Shown piece by piece: positions 40,253 through 54,600 of a DNA stretch of 64,000 nucleotides (positions within the stretch are counted from its first letter, which is position 1; each line of letters opens with the position of its first letter). The notes under the pieces were generated by a model. It did no database searches and was not told the origin of the DNA. It saw nothing but the letters and a program-made list of their open reading frames with translations. Source of the DNA: Auanema rhodensis (Eukaryota; Animalia; Nematoda); assembly GCA_964057225.1 (NCBI GenBank), contig OZ059899.1:6882001-6946000 (forward strand). Direction: 5' to 3'. Position numbers and translations under genes: made by a program.

Positions 40253-41154
40253 ATGCTCTTCGTATATCGACAAAAGTTAGTTTAAAAAAAAGGAAAAGGG
40301 ATATTAGATGAGGCAAATTTTGGAATAATAAAACCTTTTTTGAGTATTTTCATGACTTTTCACTTTTATTTTTCACCTGCATCTAGTATTAATCGGTGGT
40401 ATGAGAATTCAACTTTTGATCACTTGATAACATTTTTCAATAAATTCAGACCAAATGATAGATGGGCTCTCTTATATCGGTTTCAAAGAATTAATTTTAT
40501 TAATATGCTTTATTAACTTCATAGTTAAATGTAGAGGAAGAAGCAAAATAGTCAAGAATAAAAAAGCATTTAATAGAGACGTAAACGGATAATTTGGAAT
40601 AGTATCAGGTTTTATCATAATTTAAGATTTAAGATATCTGGAAGAAGACATGAAAAGAAGAGCAATGATACACCATCTAGAAACAATTCAAAAGAGTATA
40701 AGACAAACTCGAATAGAGAAAACAGCACTCAATCCGATTATGTACCACCAAGAAGTATTTTTCCAAATGATGGATATCATGTTCGCAGAAAAGAAGAAGT
40801 TGAGATGGCTTCTAATAAAGCTTTACGATTGTCAGGATACACAAGAGAAAATTTATGTTTCATTTTACATGTCTTTAGAGCTGATTCCTTGTATTTAAAT
40901 GTTCGCAAAAAGGAAAAGAAAAAACTTCGCTTGGACAATGATTCTAACCAAAGTGATGTTATAACTGTTCCATTAGGAAAAGCTAATATGTAATTTTTTT
41001 AAAAATTATTTTATCCAAATATATTTATATATTTAGGGAAGCGACACCACCCAGTAAGCTTGTACCAGCAGGTAGAAGAAAATGTGATGGATATAGAAAA
41101 GAAAATCGATCTTCCTCAGAATCAAAAGTTCAAATATTAACTCATTCTTTATAA
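40253..41154 (+). CDS. Small basic orphan protein (5 putative exons)
   Basis: In-phase GT-AG exon chain MLFVYRQKPNDRWALLYRGRSKIVKNKKAFNRD-ISGRRHEKK...LSGYTRENLCFILHVFRADSLYLNVRKKEKKKLRLD...LTHSL*, including a ~357-nt stop-free exon in very AT-rich DNA. No recognised domain; the 5' end is uncertain. Confidence 0.55.
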
Positions 41155-44100
41155 GAGAAATATGTTAATTTGTTATATAACTTACATGTTTGTAATAGTT
41201 TTATAATAAAATCACACATATGTATATGTATATGTTAGGTATATCAATAAATATGTGGCCACACACACTAGATTTTGAAAAGAAATATGCTAATTTAACA
41301 AATATTTAATATATAATGTAAAATAAATTTGATATATAAATAAATATTGAGATTAAATTAATTTTGCAAATACTTAATGCGTAGACTTTGATAACTTTGA
41401 TGTTTCATTCAAGTAAATTTCTTTTGTATAAAACTAAAAGAAAATAAATTCATGTTTAAAATAATTAATTTCAGATATAACTACTAATGAAGAATTATTG
41501 GAAAATCTGTTCAAATTTTTTTTCTAGCACTTGCTGAATTTTTACTTATAATTAATATATAAATTCAAAATATATATAATCAATAGTTATATTTGACATA
41601 TTTTATTTTAAATATCATTGTATCATTAGGAGCAAATATGATTAGAATAGTATGTTTGAAAAGAAATTTAATGTTGATATATGAATAGAATTTCAATTTA
41701 TATAATATATAGAAATACTAGTTATTATTTCTTTGTTTTATGAAGTAATATTGAATGTTTCCAATATAAAAAAACATAATACTCTTCTCAACTTCTATGA
41801 AGTTTATGTTTGAAGCACACCAAAAGCAGAAATATTAAATAGAACCTATTTAGTTTTATTATTAAAATATTCTTATCATTACAATAAATCAAATCTTATC
41901 TTTTAAATTAAAATCTATACGACGAGGAAGAATTGAAAACAAACATTAATTTCTCCCTGGTATATGAAGATTTAATAAATTTCCATTTAAAAATTCTAAA
42001 GTATGTTCTATCTCTTGTCATTACTTTCTTCTCTTCTTCATACAATTCATGATCATAAATAAGTTAACCAAAGAAGGAATGGCTGCATCTATATTCATGA
42101 CTATCTCGAACAATACTTGAATAGAAATGGAACTGTTTCAGAGGTCAGATCTATTGAACGTTGAGACAGCACTAAATCAGTCATATATCTTATAATTCCT
42201 AAATATCTTATTTAAGTTCATTTCAATATCCATTGTTTTCATCAAAAAGAATAAATATTTATACAAATTTATATCTGCCACGCTTATCCATTTAAAGTTT
42301 GAATGCTACTTTGATAAGTAATAATAATTAGTTCAATGATTATTGTATACATAAAAGTTGTTTTCAAAATTTTCTAAATTATTTGGTTATAACTAGTATA
42401 AAAATATTCTTAAAGATGTCTTAACTTATAAGCTTCTAGTATAAATACCTTTCCAAAGTTAAATACATTTCTATTGATTTTGAAAATAATCTTTATTCTC
42501 AATTTTCTCTTCACGACCTCCTAACTGCAGATAATCCACGATCAGGTCACTTGAACTGTCAAAGCCAGTTATGTCGAAGAATCATCCTCTTTCTTAAAAA
42601 GTAAAATAATCCCAAATAACTATGACAATTCTATTCAATAATTGAATTATATAATATTCACCGTATTGAAATATTCAAACTATATATAGAGCTTACATTC
42701 TTAAATAAATCCAGTCTACATAAGAAATATAAAACTTACACTGAGTTGATTGCGGATTAATTAGCTCGATTAGTTATAATTACAAGTTATATCAGTAATT
42801 TTAGGTTTGATCTTATTTAGCTGTAACACACGGTTCAATGAGTGTCAATTGAGCGATGAGCATATTACGTCATAGAGCAATGTAAACGGACAATTCCAAC
42901 AACAAGTGCCTGGGTCACTTAGATAGTTATTTAATTTTAATTTTTCTTTATCTAATTTGGCAATTGTGTGTTGTATTGTTTGATGCTTTTTGTGTTGATT
43001 TTCTATCAAGAAATATGCATAAACATTGAATGTTTAACTAAGCTAAACAATAAAAATGAAAATACATACATAAACATTCTTATATAGTATAGTAAGCACA
43101 TATAGAGTATAGTAACAAATATTTAAAATTATATAAAGTTGCTTTATAATTCTTTAATCCGGAACAACAAACAAGGTGTGAATTTCTTCTAGCTATTTTC
43201 AGCTTCACACTTTGTTAAAACAGAAGGACGGCGTATAACAAAAACAAAGATTATCACAGTTTTTCGGCTTTTCCTTATGTCGGAATAGTTCAACACAGCT
43301 GGAGTCTTGAATTATGCCCTAATACATCAGATTCTGGCTAAACATACTTATTTGGCGGAAGATGTTGGTATAGCTCTTGGTCATTTACACTTCGAACTAC
43401 TCCAGGGCATAACAGTCGGAAGAATGCATGTAATGAACAAGGTCATTTCTTTTTTAGCTTAATATGTTATAAAGATATATGTACTGTATGTTGTCCATTA
43501 AATTTGTTTTTAGAGTTGGAGAAATAAAGTAAAACTTGCGGAGAAGCTTCAAATAATTCTCAATGGATTAACTTGTCTTTTTCATAATTTATTTTCTTGT
43601 ATTTTACTAAATTTTAATCTAAATTTATGAATTCTATAGATGAATGTTGGATGAACAAGTTAATGTATATGCATATAAACTAATAATAAATTATTATAAC
43701 CACTTCATGATAAAGTGTTCTTAGTACTAGAATATTGAGTACGAACTTTTGACTGAGCTATTAGCAAAACCTTATCCCATGTGCCAGGCGAATACTGTGC
43801 TCTAACATAGAGGAGCTATTGTTCACCAATAGAATGATCATGTCTGTCTATTGCCAGCGGGCCTATGAAACGCCTCGTGGCAAAAGCTAATACCACTTTT
43901 GTCACCCATGATACATATAGTATATAAATATATAATATTTATAATAAAATAGTTGAATAGAGATTACTGTGATTCAACAATAGAAAATGTGTGCAGATGA
44001 TGAGAACGGATTATGAACTTTGTTCAAGCTTGCCCGTAGCAATGAATCTAACTAAAATACAATAAGATGTAACTAATTTTTATTTTTGTTTACATTCAAG

Positions 44101-46139
44101 GATCAACATCAAGAATTTCTGACAGAATGATACAGTATTTGAGAAAAATTTGAAACTACATGCAACTAATAATAATATTTTACTCAATTACTATTCGTAG
44201 TTTATCGATAAGCTTCATTTCTGTAGCTGGTGACCTGAGTAAAAACATGTGGCTTGTAATTGATCCACAGCATTGTCCTTAAAGTGGGTGGCCTGTTCCA
44301 AATAAGGTAATTCATGTTCATATTACGTCATCATAGCACAGCAGGGACCCCACCAGCCGATGAGCCAGGCGAAAATTGCCAGATTTAGTAAACAACACCT
44401 TAGATAGAATGTTGCAGTTCTCAAATTTAATATTATCGGATAATAAAAGACCTCTGTTGTTCGGCAGTGCAACACCTACAATTTATCTCGAGAGCTATTA
44501 CACATAGCACACTTAACTGGTCCAAAAACCCAAATATACAAATGTTTTGTCGATTAACATTTAGCTAACTTAAGAATTCATTTCGAAACTTTCTTGATTT
44601 TTCAACAATTGTCCTTCAAATGACTAATGAGGTGACAAAATGATAAAGATTGATAGCTTAGCGGCCTTCACTTTCATTTGAAAATATGTCACCATAGGTC
44701 GTGTGCCGGCTATCTCTCTGTTTGTGATTGTTCATATTATTTCTTGTCATGTTCTACAGTATTCACTCTCAAACATGAAGCTGTCAGAAAGGAAAAATCA
44801 TTTTCAATTCAAAAGAAAGATATATATATTCGAAAGAATGCAGCCGGTTATGTTAAATTAAGTATTAAAAATGAAGATGAAGATATGAAAATTTGTATAC
44901 AGTAGCTTATGTAAAAGCTTTGTTCTGTGATCTATCTAACATTTAAAATAAAAAACATGTAATACAGCATGTTTTAAAGCTTAACAATTACATATAATAA
45001 TTCTATTACATAATAAATAGAATATGAGACATATGCTAAATACCTCTGACAAAATTATGCAACCGATTAGTTAATTATAAGTTTCAACTGAGCAATTATG
45101 CAAGCACTAAATAACTTTACTTTTCTTCATATTACTAAAAAACTTATACATATTTTTGATTATTATTATTAAATTATAGAATAATAAAACTTTTATTATA
45201 ATAAAATTTTATTTCAATGTTTCAAAACATAGTATATGTACATTGTTATAAAATATAATACTGAGAATAGAAGAAACTTTGTCTAGCTGGTACAGGAAGT
45301 GATATGATCCAGATAAACTATACTATATACTTTCAGGTCGTGTGGATATACATTTGCCTAATCTAATGAATAGTTTCTCGAGTCAGTTGATTGATGTTGT
45401 CTGATTGTGGGTAGATAACAACTAATCATGACAGTTCTCGCCTCCAGATTATCTAAATACACAAGATCTGTCGGCCACGTTCAATGTTCTGGCACGAGTC
45501 ACTTTAGGCTGTTCATTTGTTTTTTTAAGTTCATACAGCCTGATGAGCATGCTGTATTAAGCCTTTAGATACAGTATTTTGAACTGTCGTTTATATTTTG
45601 TATTACTGTCATTCAATCATAACGTTTTATTAATTGTGTCTTTAATTTTTTTGTAAAAAGTGAAAAAAAGTTTTCTGATCTTGTTCTTTACAATTCATTT
45701 AGGATTTTAGTATAAATGTCGGATGGGATTTCATATACTGAAGCTACATCAACAGCCAACCAAATTGTTGGTCTTTTTTGGCCGTAAGTTTTATGAAATA
45801 AAATAAAAATTAATAACCAAACATAAACTAATAGTTGAACCTCACACAACCTTTGTTGTCTAAGCAGAAACAGCCGAATAATATTTTGTTCACTGGGGAA
45901 TACAAGAACTTTTTGAAATTTTGTGTTCATACTTCCATTTATTTTACAAGAAAAAACATTTTGATCTTATAGATATAGTCTTCAAAATGAAATTGAAAAA
46001 ACTTTAAAGTAATTGATTAATCTTAGATTAGAGAATGAAATGACAACGTGAAGACGTTAACTTAAACTTTACCCATAAGATCTCATAAAATATCATAGTA
46101 GACTGTCAGAAATTTGAGTCTTTTTCGTGTCTCTTAGAA

Positions 46140-46470
46140 CGTTCTTAGTGCCAGATTTATACACTCAGCCTGCTCCCCGTCGTGCATTCGCCTCGGGGGA
46201 TCTGCTCATCCCAAGTCCGCCTTCTAGCACCTTGCCCAATCACAGCGCTTGGCCACGCCCCAAATCGACCGTTGCCTCCATGAGGGGCGGAGCAGGAGGC
46301 TGGAACTCAAGCTGAGGCTACCCACTGTGACTTAATACGCGTACGGACGGTGGGGAGTCTCATCCACGGTCTGAAACTCACGTGCCCACGTTTTGCTACA
46401 TCATCTCTTCCAATTAGAACTCAGCCCTTCTCTCAACTGTGCGAGCTTGAAGCTGCCAGCTACACCAATA
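46140..46470 (+). promoter_or_regulatory. GC-rich proximal promoter island of ref-2
   Basis: Sharp local GC increase 130-460 nt upstream of the ATG, containing CCAAT, CCACGCCCCC, GGGGCGG and CACGTG motifs. Confidence 0.55.
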
Positions 46471-46603
46471 CCATCTAGAGTGTAAAGATTCCTAAAGTTT
46501 GAGTCAGTCTTAGTTCTAAGTCTCTGTTAACTCAAGTTTTAAAAGTATCACTGTGATATTCAAAGCTCAAAACTTAATAATTGTTATTATCTGATCTAAA
46601 ATC

Positions 46604-49600
46604 ATGATGCACAGTGCTTATTGTCAACCTGGAGCCACTGTTAGTACATCCAATGGATTCATCACTCCACCACAAACAAATACCGGAGCTGACTTACGAC
46701 AACAGCTTCCAGATTGCTATGCTCAACCAATGCCACTCAGAGGTACTGTTTTTTTATTTTTTTATTCTCAATTAAACTTTCAATGTATTTAAAACTATGT
46801 TGAATACTTTTACAATAATCAATGAAAAAAAATTTTTTTTGTTGATTTGACCCAAGTCACACATATTTTACTACATCTTCACACTTTGTCTATATTATTC
46901 GAAGATGTAGTAGTGGGTGACAAGAGATTATAACAAGTTTTTAACAAAACTTATACTCTCGTTCATAATTATTCTCATTGAATTTTTTATAGATCATATG
47001 CAACCTTATGTTAGTGGATATATGTCTCATGATATTTACTTGGATCATCAACAACGATTTTTCCATCAGCAGATGCCACAACATCAGCAACAGCTTTATG
47101 CTCAACTTCCACAAGATTACTTTGCCTGTGCTAGGTACTACTTAATACTTTGAATTATATAGTATTGAAATGTTCTCATAATGAAACTAAAATTATTATA
47201 GATCACCAGCTCTCCCTCTCCGTTTCATGGGAAGTAAAATAGACGAAAATGAGCAACCACAACAATGTCTTTGGATAACTGAGGTAAATAATTTAAAAAA
47301 TATTTATTATAAATTACAGTATTAGATCAATTTCTTTGTTATTATATGCCCTTGATATTTTCTCAATATAACTTTGCTGGAAATTTTTGAAACCTGTTTT
47401 GAATCTCTTTTTCTTTCTTAGTTTATAACAGCTTTTTCTTATAAACGATTAAGAATCTCTGAACTTTACAGCATGGTAAACCTTGTGGAATGTTTCTGAG
47501 ATCTACCAAAGATATTACAAACCATTTACAACAATTCCATATTGGAATAAATGAATCAAGTGCTCATGTATGTAAATGGAAGGACTGTTCCAGACATGGA
47601 GCTCCATTCAAGGTAAATATAAAAGAAAATTAATATTAAATTTATTATTATCATTTGGAGGCCAAGTACAAGCTTGTCAATCATGTTAGAGTTCATACTG
47701 GAGATCGTCCATTCCAATGTGAGCAATGTGGAAAAGTCTTTGCTCGTAGCGAAAATAAGAAAATTCATGAACGAACACATACAGGTAATTACTTTTTAGT
47801 TTTGAATTCCTATTTTTCTCTTATTCTCCACATCTGAAGACAAATTATCTGCTGTCAGATTTGCCTGAAACCATATTAGGTCGTTTGTAATCAAACTAAT
47901 GATCTGGCGGCCATTCTGAAGTCAGCTCGTCCTCAATAACCTTTTAGTCTCTTATTCAACATTCCTCAAAAGGTTGTCGCGTGCCGACAGTTCTCATTTT
48001 TCTTTGGCCATGTCTTCCTGTTTTCTGAGAAAATGAAGAATAGTTAGATGGATTGAAAAAGGAAATCTTAGTAGTTGGGTTTTGAAACATGACCGCAATT
48101 TTTTGTTATCCGACAGCAGTTTTCGCACCTAATCGGAACTAAAAAGTTTTTAGCGCCTTGTTAACCGTTCTATTGTTGCGGACAATCTGTTCTGCTCCAG
48201 CTTAAAAAGGTGTTAACCACCTAGAGTACAAGGACAAAAGCATATAATTCAATGGAATATCGGTACAGCTCTTTCGGCTCTTATATCTAAAAGCTCACCG
48301 TTATTCACACCTCTTTGTGGCATATATCTCATATATATGCATTTGAATCTTTCAATTTGGAGATTCTCCGTCTTTTCTGGCAAATTTGAATACTTAACTT
48401 TGATGTATTCTGTTCTCAGCCTCATTCTTCAATCAATTCTCAATGATTTTCAGATAGAAACTATAGGTTCTATTGAATGTATCAATAGAAGGTTTCTCCC
48501 AGTTTTTTCAAACTTCTTAAAGTTCATCCTTATAAGACCTAGATTTTTTGAAATCAACATTAACTGTAACTGTTTGATCACTGTTTTGTCCTGCATAGTG
48601 AGAGACTATCGAGATTGCAGCTATCCATGGCTACTTTACGACCATAGGCCTCAGTTTTCCACCGTCAATTTTCACAATTCTATTGTCTGTGATGTCCTAT
48701 GTTCTTCATTCGTATGCAAAAAGACGAGTTTGCAACACGAATAGGCTGAGTGAACGAGACCGTTACCGTAATCTTCGAGGGGTCTTAACTCTAACCACAA
48801 CGAACCAGCCATGCTCTCCTTCCTCTTATATATCTCTATCATCATCGACTTATCTTTGCTTCATATAAAGATAGCATAATAAGAGAAAGAGATGAAATGA
48901 ATTTGGCTATGTGATGATTTCTTCTTATCTTCTTTTCATCATAATTATATATTAAATTATATGTAGATGTATCTCAGCACATTGTCATTAAGAATAAAGA
49001 CGAGAAATACGAGGACAGCATGGATTTATTCTACATAATCATACTGTCAATATCTTCCTCTTAGCCTTTCTTTTTACTAGGCGGTCTCTTCTCATCTTCC
49101 TTAACCCCTGCTTGGAAAAACATACATCTTGACAAGCTACTTTGCTTTCGCTTCACATAATCAAACATGATGTATCTAAACCAGCCGATATATGGCATAA
49201 CATGAATAATCAAAAGAAGTTACTGTATATATAACTTATTAATATGGTTCTAATTGATTTCTTCAAATAATAATTTCAATTCTGACTTCATATGAAAATG
49301 CAAAAATTTTTGACAAGTTCAGACATTGAAATATAGACATGTTTGATTCCTCAAAGATTAAGCCTGTTTTTCTCTTCACCACTTGGCCATGAGACCGCCG
49401 CTCTCTGTAGCAGAAATTGAGAATTATTTTTCGCAATTCTATGGGAAAAATGCATTCATAGTTCTTGGCACTCTACCAAATATATGATTGCGATAACTGA
49501 AGTTGTTCTCAGCTTTTAGTGAGCTCTGTCACTAGTAGTCATAAGGCATCACTAATCCGTGGTACTTCTATTCATTTAAGTGGATTTGCAGATTGTTTTT

Positions 49601-51614
49601 ACGTATCCTTATATAGATATATTACATTTTGAGTGATCTCAGTCAATAATTGACGAACAATCATTGCTGCACCTGTCCCTCACACCTCTGATTCTAGCAG
49701 AAGGATGGCTTTGCAATTGTGTGGAAAAGCAACAGAAGAATCTGTTTCCCAAACATAATGGTTCCTCTGAGCATATGTCTCATCTATTCATTTCTAAGAC
49801 AATTAAACGAAAAAACTAATAATTCCTGCTCTGACAGCATAGCTTCTATTTTTCTTTTTAAAAAGGGCACTGTTCTTCAAATTTACTGACAACGATGATG
49901 TCGTTGTAGCTTCGATATGTAAATCTAACCATCTGCCTCATATACCTCAAGCAGATGATGATGAAATCAAAGGAATTCGCATAACGACGAGGTTTCATGG
50001 AGATGGATTAATGATGTGCAGATGAAATCTGTTGAAATTTGAATAGCGCTCTTTTGCTTAAAGAATTTTGTCTCATGTGCCTATGACGCATTCAATTCTA
50101 ACCACAAGTCATAAACACTAGTCAAATCGAATAAGTAAGAAAGAACAGATTACGGTAGTCAGATCCAGGGGTCATGAACAGCAAATTACCTCATAGAGGT
50201 AAAGAAAGTGAGCAAATTCGGCATGTGTTGTTTTGCTTATAGCAAGTTATGCCAAACTATGTGTTTAATTATGCTTTAAGCAATATGAGCAGGTCTTTTA
50301 ACACTTAATTCGAGGTTAAGAACAAGGTTAAGAAGATGTGTGTATAGCAACCTCATATAATGGGATATTTTTGTAAATCAAGGGTTGTTTATTCATACTA
50401 ATATTTTCAGGTGACAAACCATTTGAATGTACTTTCAAAGGATGTGGAAAGAAGTTTGCCAATTCATCAGATCGTAAAAAGCATATGCATGTTCATACTT
50501 CTGTTAAACAATATCCATGCAAAGTGAAAGGATGTGGTAAAGACTACACCCATCCAAGTTCATTAAGGAAACACCAAAAGGTTAGTTAACTATTTCTTAT
50601 CGATGTTTAATATCAGTAATGCTAATTGTCTTGTATCCAACTGTGGAGGGGGGAGGGCATATGGATTAACACACATTTCTAACTACCTACGATAGCATGA
50701 TTACCTCTTTAAAAGATTAGACAGAGCATCAACGCTCAGCATCAACACCTACCATATCTAACAAATCAAAAAGTCACCTGTCATCCTGTGTTAATCCACA
50801 GGAACAAACTTATAGGTTTAGTTACATTTTGAAAACTTTGAATGACAGCAGTTAAGTAGATACATCTGCTCTACTAAACATCCGTTATCTTCAAGAACAG
50901 AAAAAAATGCATTTAGTTTAGAAAAAAAGGGAGCAATTTAAACAGGAATGTATCTATTTTTCCATCAAGTCAAGTAATTCACTATGTTATATAGCTACCG
51001 TAATCAGTCTCAGCATAAGAAAATGAGAATGAGAAACAGATAGAGTAGAAAGAATTAAAACCTAAAAAGCCGGTTTTTTTTTCTTGAACCAGAGCCGCCA
51101 AAGCAAAACAGAGGGTCTTTTCCCTGCTTGACCGATAAATACTTTGAAAAGGGAGGGAGGTCTATACTCTACAACTATAAGAATCAGAAATCAATTGAAG
51201 GGAGAATAAATAATCAGAACAAAAGTTTGAATACAGCCATAATGGATAATGTTGAACCTTTTCTTAAGTTATTTTTTTCAGACACATGAAAAGAATGCTT
51301 GTAGTTCTCCCGAATTAGACCAGAGCGGGGACTCAGGACATGCCTCTGCTGGAACACCTAGCGATGATTTTAACTTATCTCATAAAGTAGATGATATGGA
51401 GGTGAGTAGATCAAACTTTTTTAAAATTTAAATTAATTAATCTTAAATTTGAAAAAAACTTATAAGAATGGAAATGTAATTATTCAATTTTCAGTTGCCA
51501 TCAATTGCTTCATCACAAGTTTTGCCACCATACTATTCACATGGCCATTCTCCTTATCTTATGAATCCTCATCCAGGAATGATTCATCCGGAAATGTATC
51601 AGCGTTTTATCTAG
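46604..51614 (+). CDS. ref-2: Zic/odd-paired C2H2 zinc-finger transcription factor
   Basis: [84 protein letters not shown]...[14 protein letters not shown], with a ~2.6-kb intron between fingers 3 and 4. The stop is at 51614, or at 51688 if one more small intron is spliced. Confidence 0.93.
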
Positions 51615-54600
51615 AAAATCATATACAGTTCTTTAGTCATTTAAATTTTCTTAGATGGCATGAAGAGTTAAGAAATGGTCTTAGATAGCTCATAGATTTC
51701 TATTCGCCTGGTTGATGTATCTAAAGCATTTCTAGTTTACCTCATTGTTATTTCTTTATTTTTCATAAGTCTCTCTGTTCTCTCCCTTTTTCTATGTTCT
51801 CTTTTAAACTGAAATTATATTTTTCTTATTTTGAAAAATATTAACTGACGGTTATAGTATTCGGATATTATTAGCTTTCTTTCTATTCATTTCTGGCTTT
51901 CATTCAATTCTCAGCTACATCTATTCGAGTACTACTCACTATATAACAGGTTCTGTTTATATTTTTGCTCGATTTTTCCATTATTTCAACGTTTTTTTTC
52001 TTCAAATCCCATATATACACAGGTAAGCAGAAGCTGACCTATCCCATATGCTCAAGGCTGTTTGCAGTGTATAATTTGTTCTCTTTTCAATCTCCTTCCA
52101 GACTTCGGGTAATTACAGTTAATAGCCTTTTGTTACTTGACTTCCGTTACAATATTTGAAAAAGCTTCCGTTAGGTGACAATTAAGACGATTTTCCTAAT
52201 AAGTCACAAAAGCCTTATATGGAAACTTATGTTTCAGAAATATATTTATATATACATATAGTTATATGAATATGTTTGTCTGCATTTGTATATAGTAAAG
52301 CTTTTTGTCTCCACTATTCCATTTTTGGTATTAAAGGAACATTATTTCTCTCCCCTCACTATTTTTATCATCATCATGATTGTCATCAATTGTCCCACAG
52401 AATCATATATAGTATTTCAAGTTATAAATATAAATATATATAAAATTATAATCAGATAGATTATCTTTACTTTTTCTTTCTTGTTATACCGATGCTTGTT
52501 CAATGATTTAACATTGTGAGAGTTCCATGACATTTTGTACTTATATATAATTATATTACTTTATGAAACAAAATAAAATTTATTAAATAAAAATGAATTC
52601 AATATCAACAGTGTAATATATAGAAGAAAACAAAATTTATTCAAATAATTATAGTAAAATACTTCAAAACTACTCTATCTGATATCTACGTGATTACGCA
52701 AAATGAACAGAATATTTTTAGTTTTTTATAGTAAAAAGAGATGAACGTATGTATATACATAGTTTGTTATTTGACATTGTATATAATAGGTGTAATTAGT
52801 TTTCTTTTGATAGAATTATGAGTACCTAGCATAGTAAATATGGTTACCTACCAAAAAGCTGGACAAACCAATTAGACAGTTCTACTTGTGGCTCTTACCG
52901 GCACCGTATGACGCCATGTGATGCGCAACAAAGGCAACTTCAGGTACAGACGGCAAATATCAAATATTGGTCGCTAAATACAAAAACAACAATTTGTAAA
53001 TAGTATATGAAATAAAGCTCACACGTACATGCATAAGAAATATTATTTTGTATGGTAATAAGAATAAACAAAGGAATAGACATAGATGTTTATCACAATT
53101 TATAAATGAGATGTTTTATATAAGCTAATATGATTAAACAAACAATAAAATACTAAAATGAAGGGATGAGCCGATTTCGAAAGAATTTTTGTAAATTCAG
53201 GTAGTTTTTTAATTTTTTAAATTATTGCAGCTGTTTTCAGACAATTATAAAATCATTTTAGTTTAATACAGCTGGTTGAGTTCCATTTTACTATACATTC
53301 AATGAGAAATGCTTGAACTACAATATAATTCAAATGATAAATAAATTTATATTTTATTGCAGTGACCTTGCCATTTCAAATTTATTTTTTCTGAAAAATT
53401 TCATGTGTTCTCAGGTGATTTGTCCAATCTGAATAAAGCGTCGTGAGGATGTCAGTTGCGCAGTCTTTGAAGTCTTTGAATCATTGTATTCTATGTGATA
53501 AATGAGAAACAACTTTAACTTGTTTTCTCATTATAGACAAATGTTATTATGAATGAATACCACACAAAGCGTAAGTTCTTATATTTCTATAAAAAAATAA
53601 AAATATTAGGTCGATAAGTACTAGTACAATTGGAAAATATTCGAATTGTTTTTATTTTAAAAAATTGTAAATATAGCTTAAATTAATTTCATATAAATTT
53701 TTTTTATTATTTACACTAATTCTTGTTCAAAATACAGTTCTTTGTTAAATAATGCTTAGATTCATCTATATCACAACGTACTGTAGTCCAACTGATATGA
53801 AACCTATATGTTACAACTTTTCTTACAATAGGCATTAACTGAATAATCTGAATTACAAGATGGGCAGATTTGAAATGTTTATTTTTAGTTTAAATATATA
53901 AAAATAAAATTATTTTTTATATTTTTATTCTTTTTTTCTCCTAAAATTCGAACAGGTATACATGTTAGTCTACCTGATACATCAATGATTTTTCCCACAT
54001 TTTTCAAAAACTATACATCTAGTTCATGGAAATACTTTATGAAAAATAAGAATATACCGTAAGTGATCTAAAGATATTAAGAAACAAAAAGATGAAATAA
54101 AAAATCGAATACAACGACAACATGTTTTTGTGATTGTCTTACCAAGAAATAAATTTATTTTTTTATTTTTTTTCGATGAAATTCAGGGAATTAACAGAAC
54201 TTTTAGACAATTCAGCCAATACATATGAAAGATTTTTCAACTTTAAACTGTATTTTTTAAAAAAATGGTTTCATATTCATGTTATTCTCTAAATATTTTG
54301 ACTTGTCATTTGTAAAGTTTCTAAAAACAGGATATGGTTATTGGCATACATGTATCTCTTTACGAAACTATTTATTTTTAAAATGATTGAATGGTTTTTG
54401 TTCTGTTACATCAAAATGTTCATTTTTCACATATTTCTGTCTTTTCTTTCACTGTTCATAATTTTAAAATTTGATCAAGATGATGTTAGTTCAACATACA
54501 AAATATAGTCTGATATCGGAAGATGATTCCTTATCTTTTCTGCACTCAAATTGATACAACTTTGATATAAACCAACCAAATGTTCAAACAATCACAATCA

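Noticed and set aside
43353-43375. Resemblance to miR-72/miR-31 (TGGCGGAAGATGTTGGTATAGCT)
   Set aside because: The seed is disrupted by a 2-nt insertion and I see no convincing precursor hairpin. Small RNA-seq would settle it.
48337-48868. ORFs within the long ref-2 intron
   Set aside because: Intron-like composition, no domain and no exon chain; more likely regulatory sequence.
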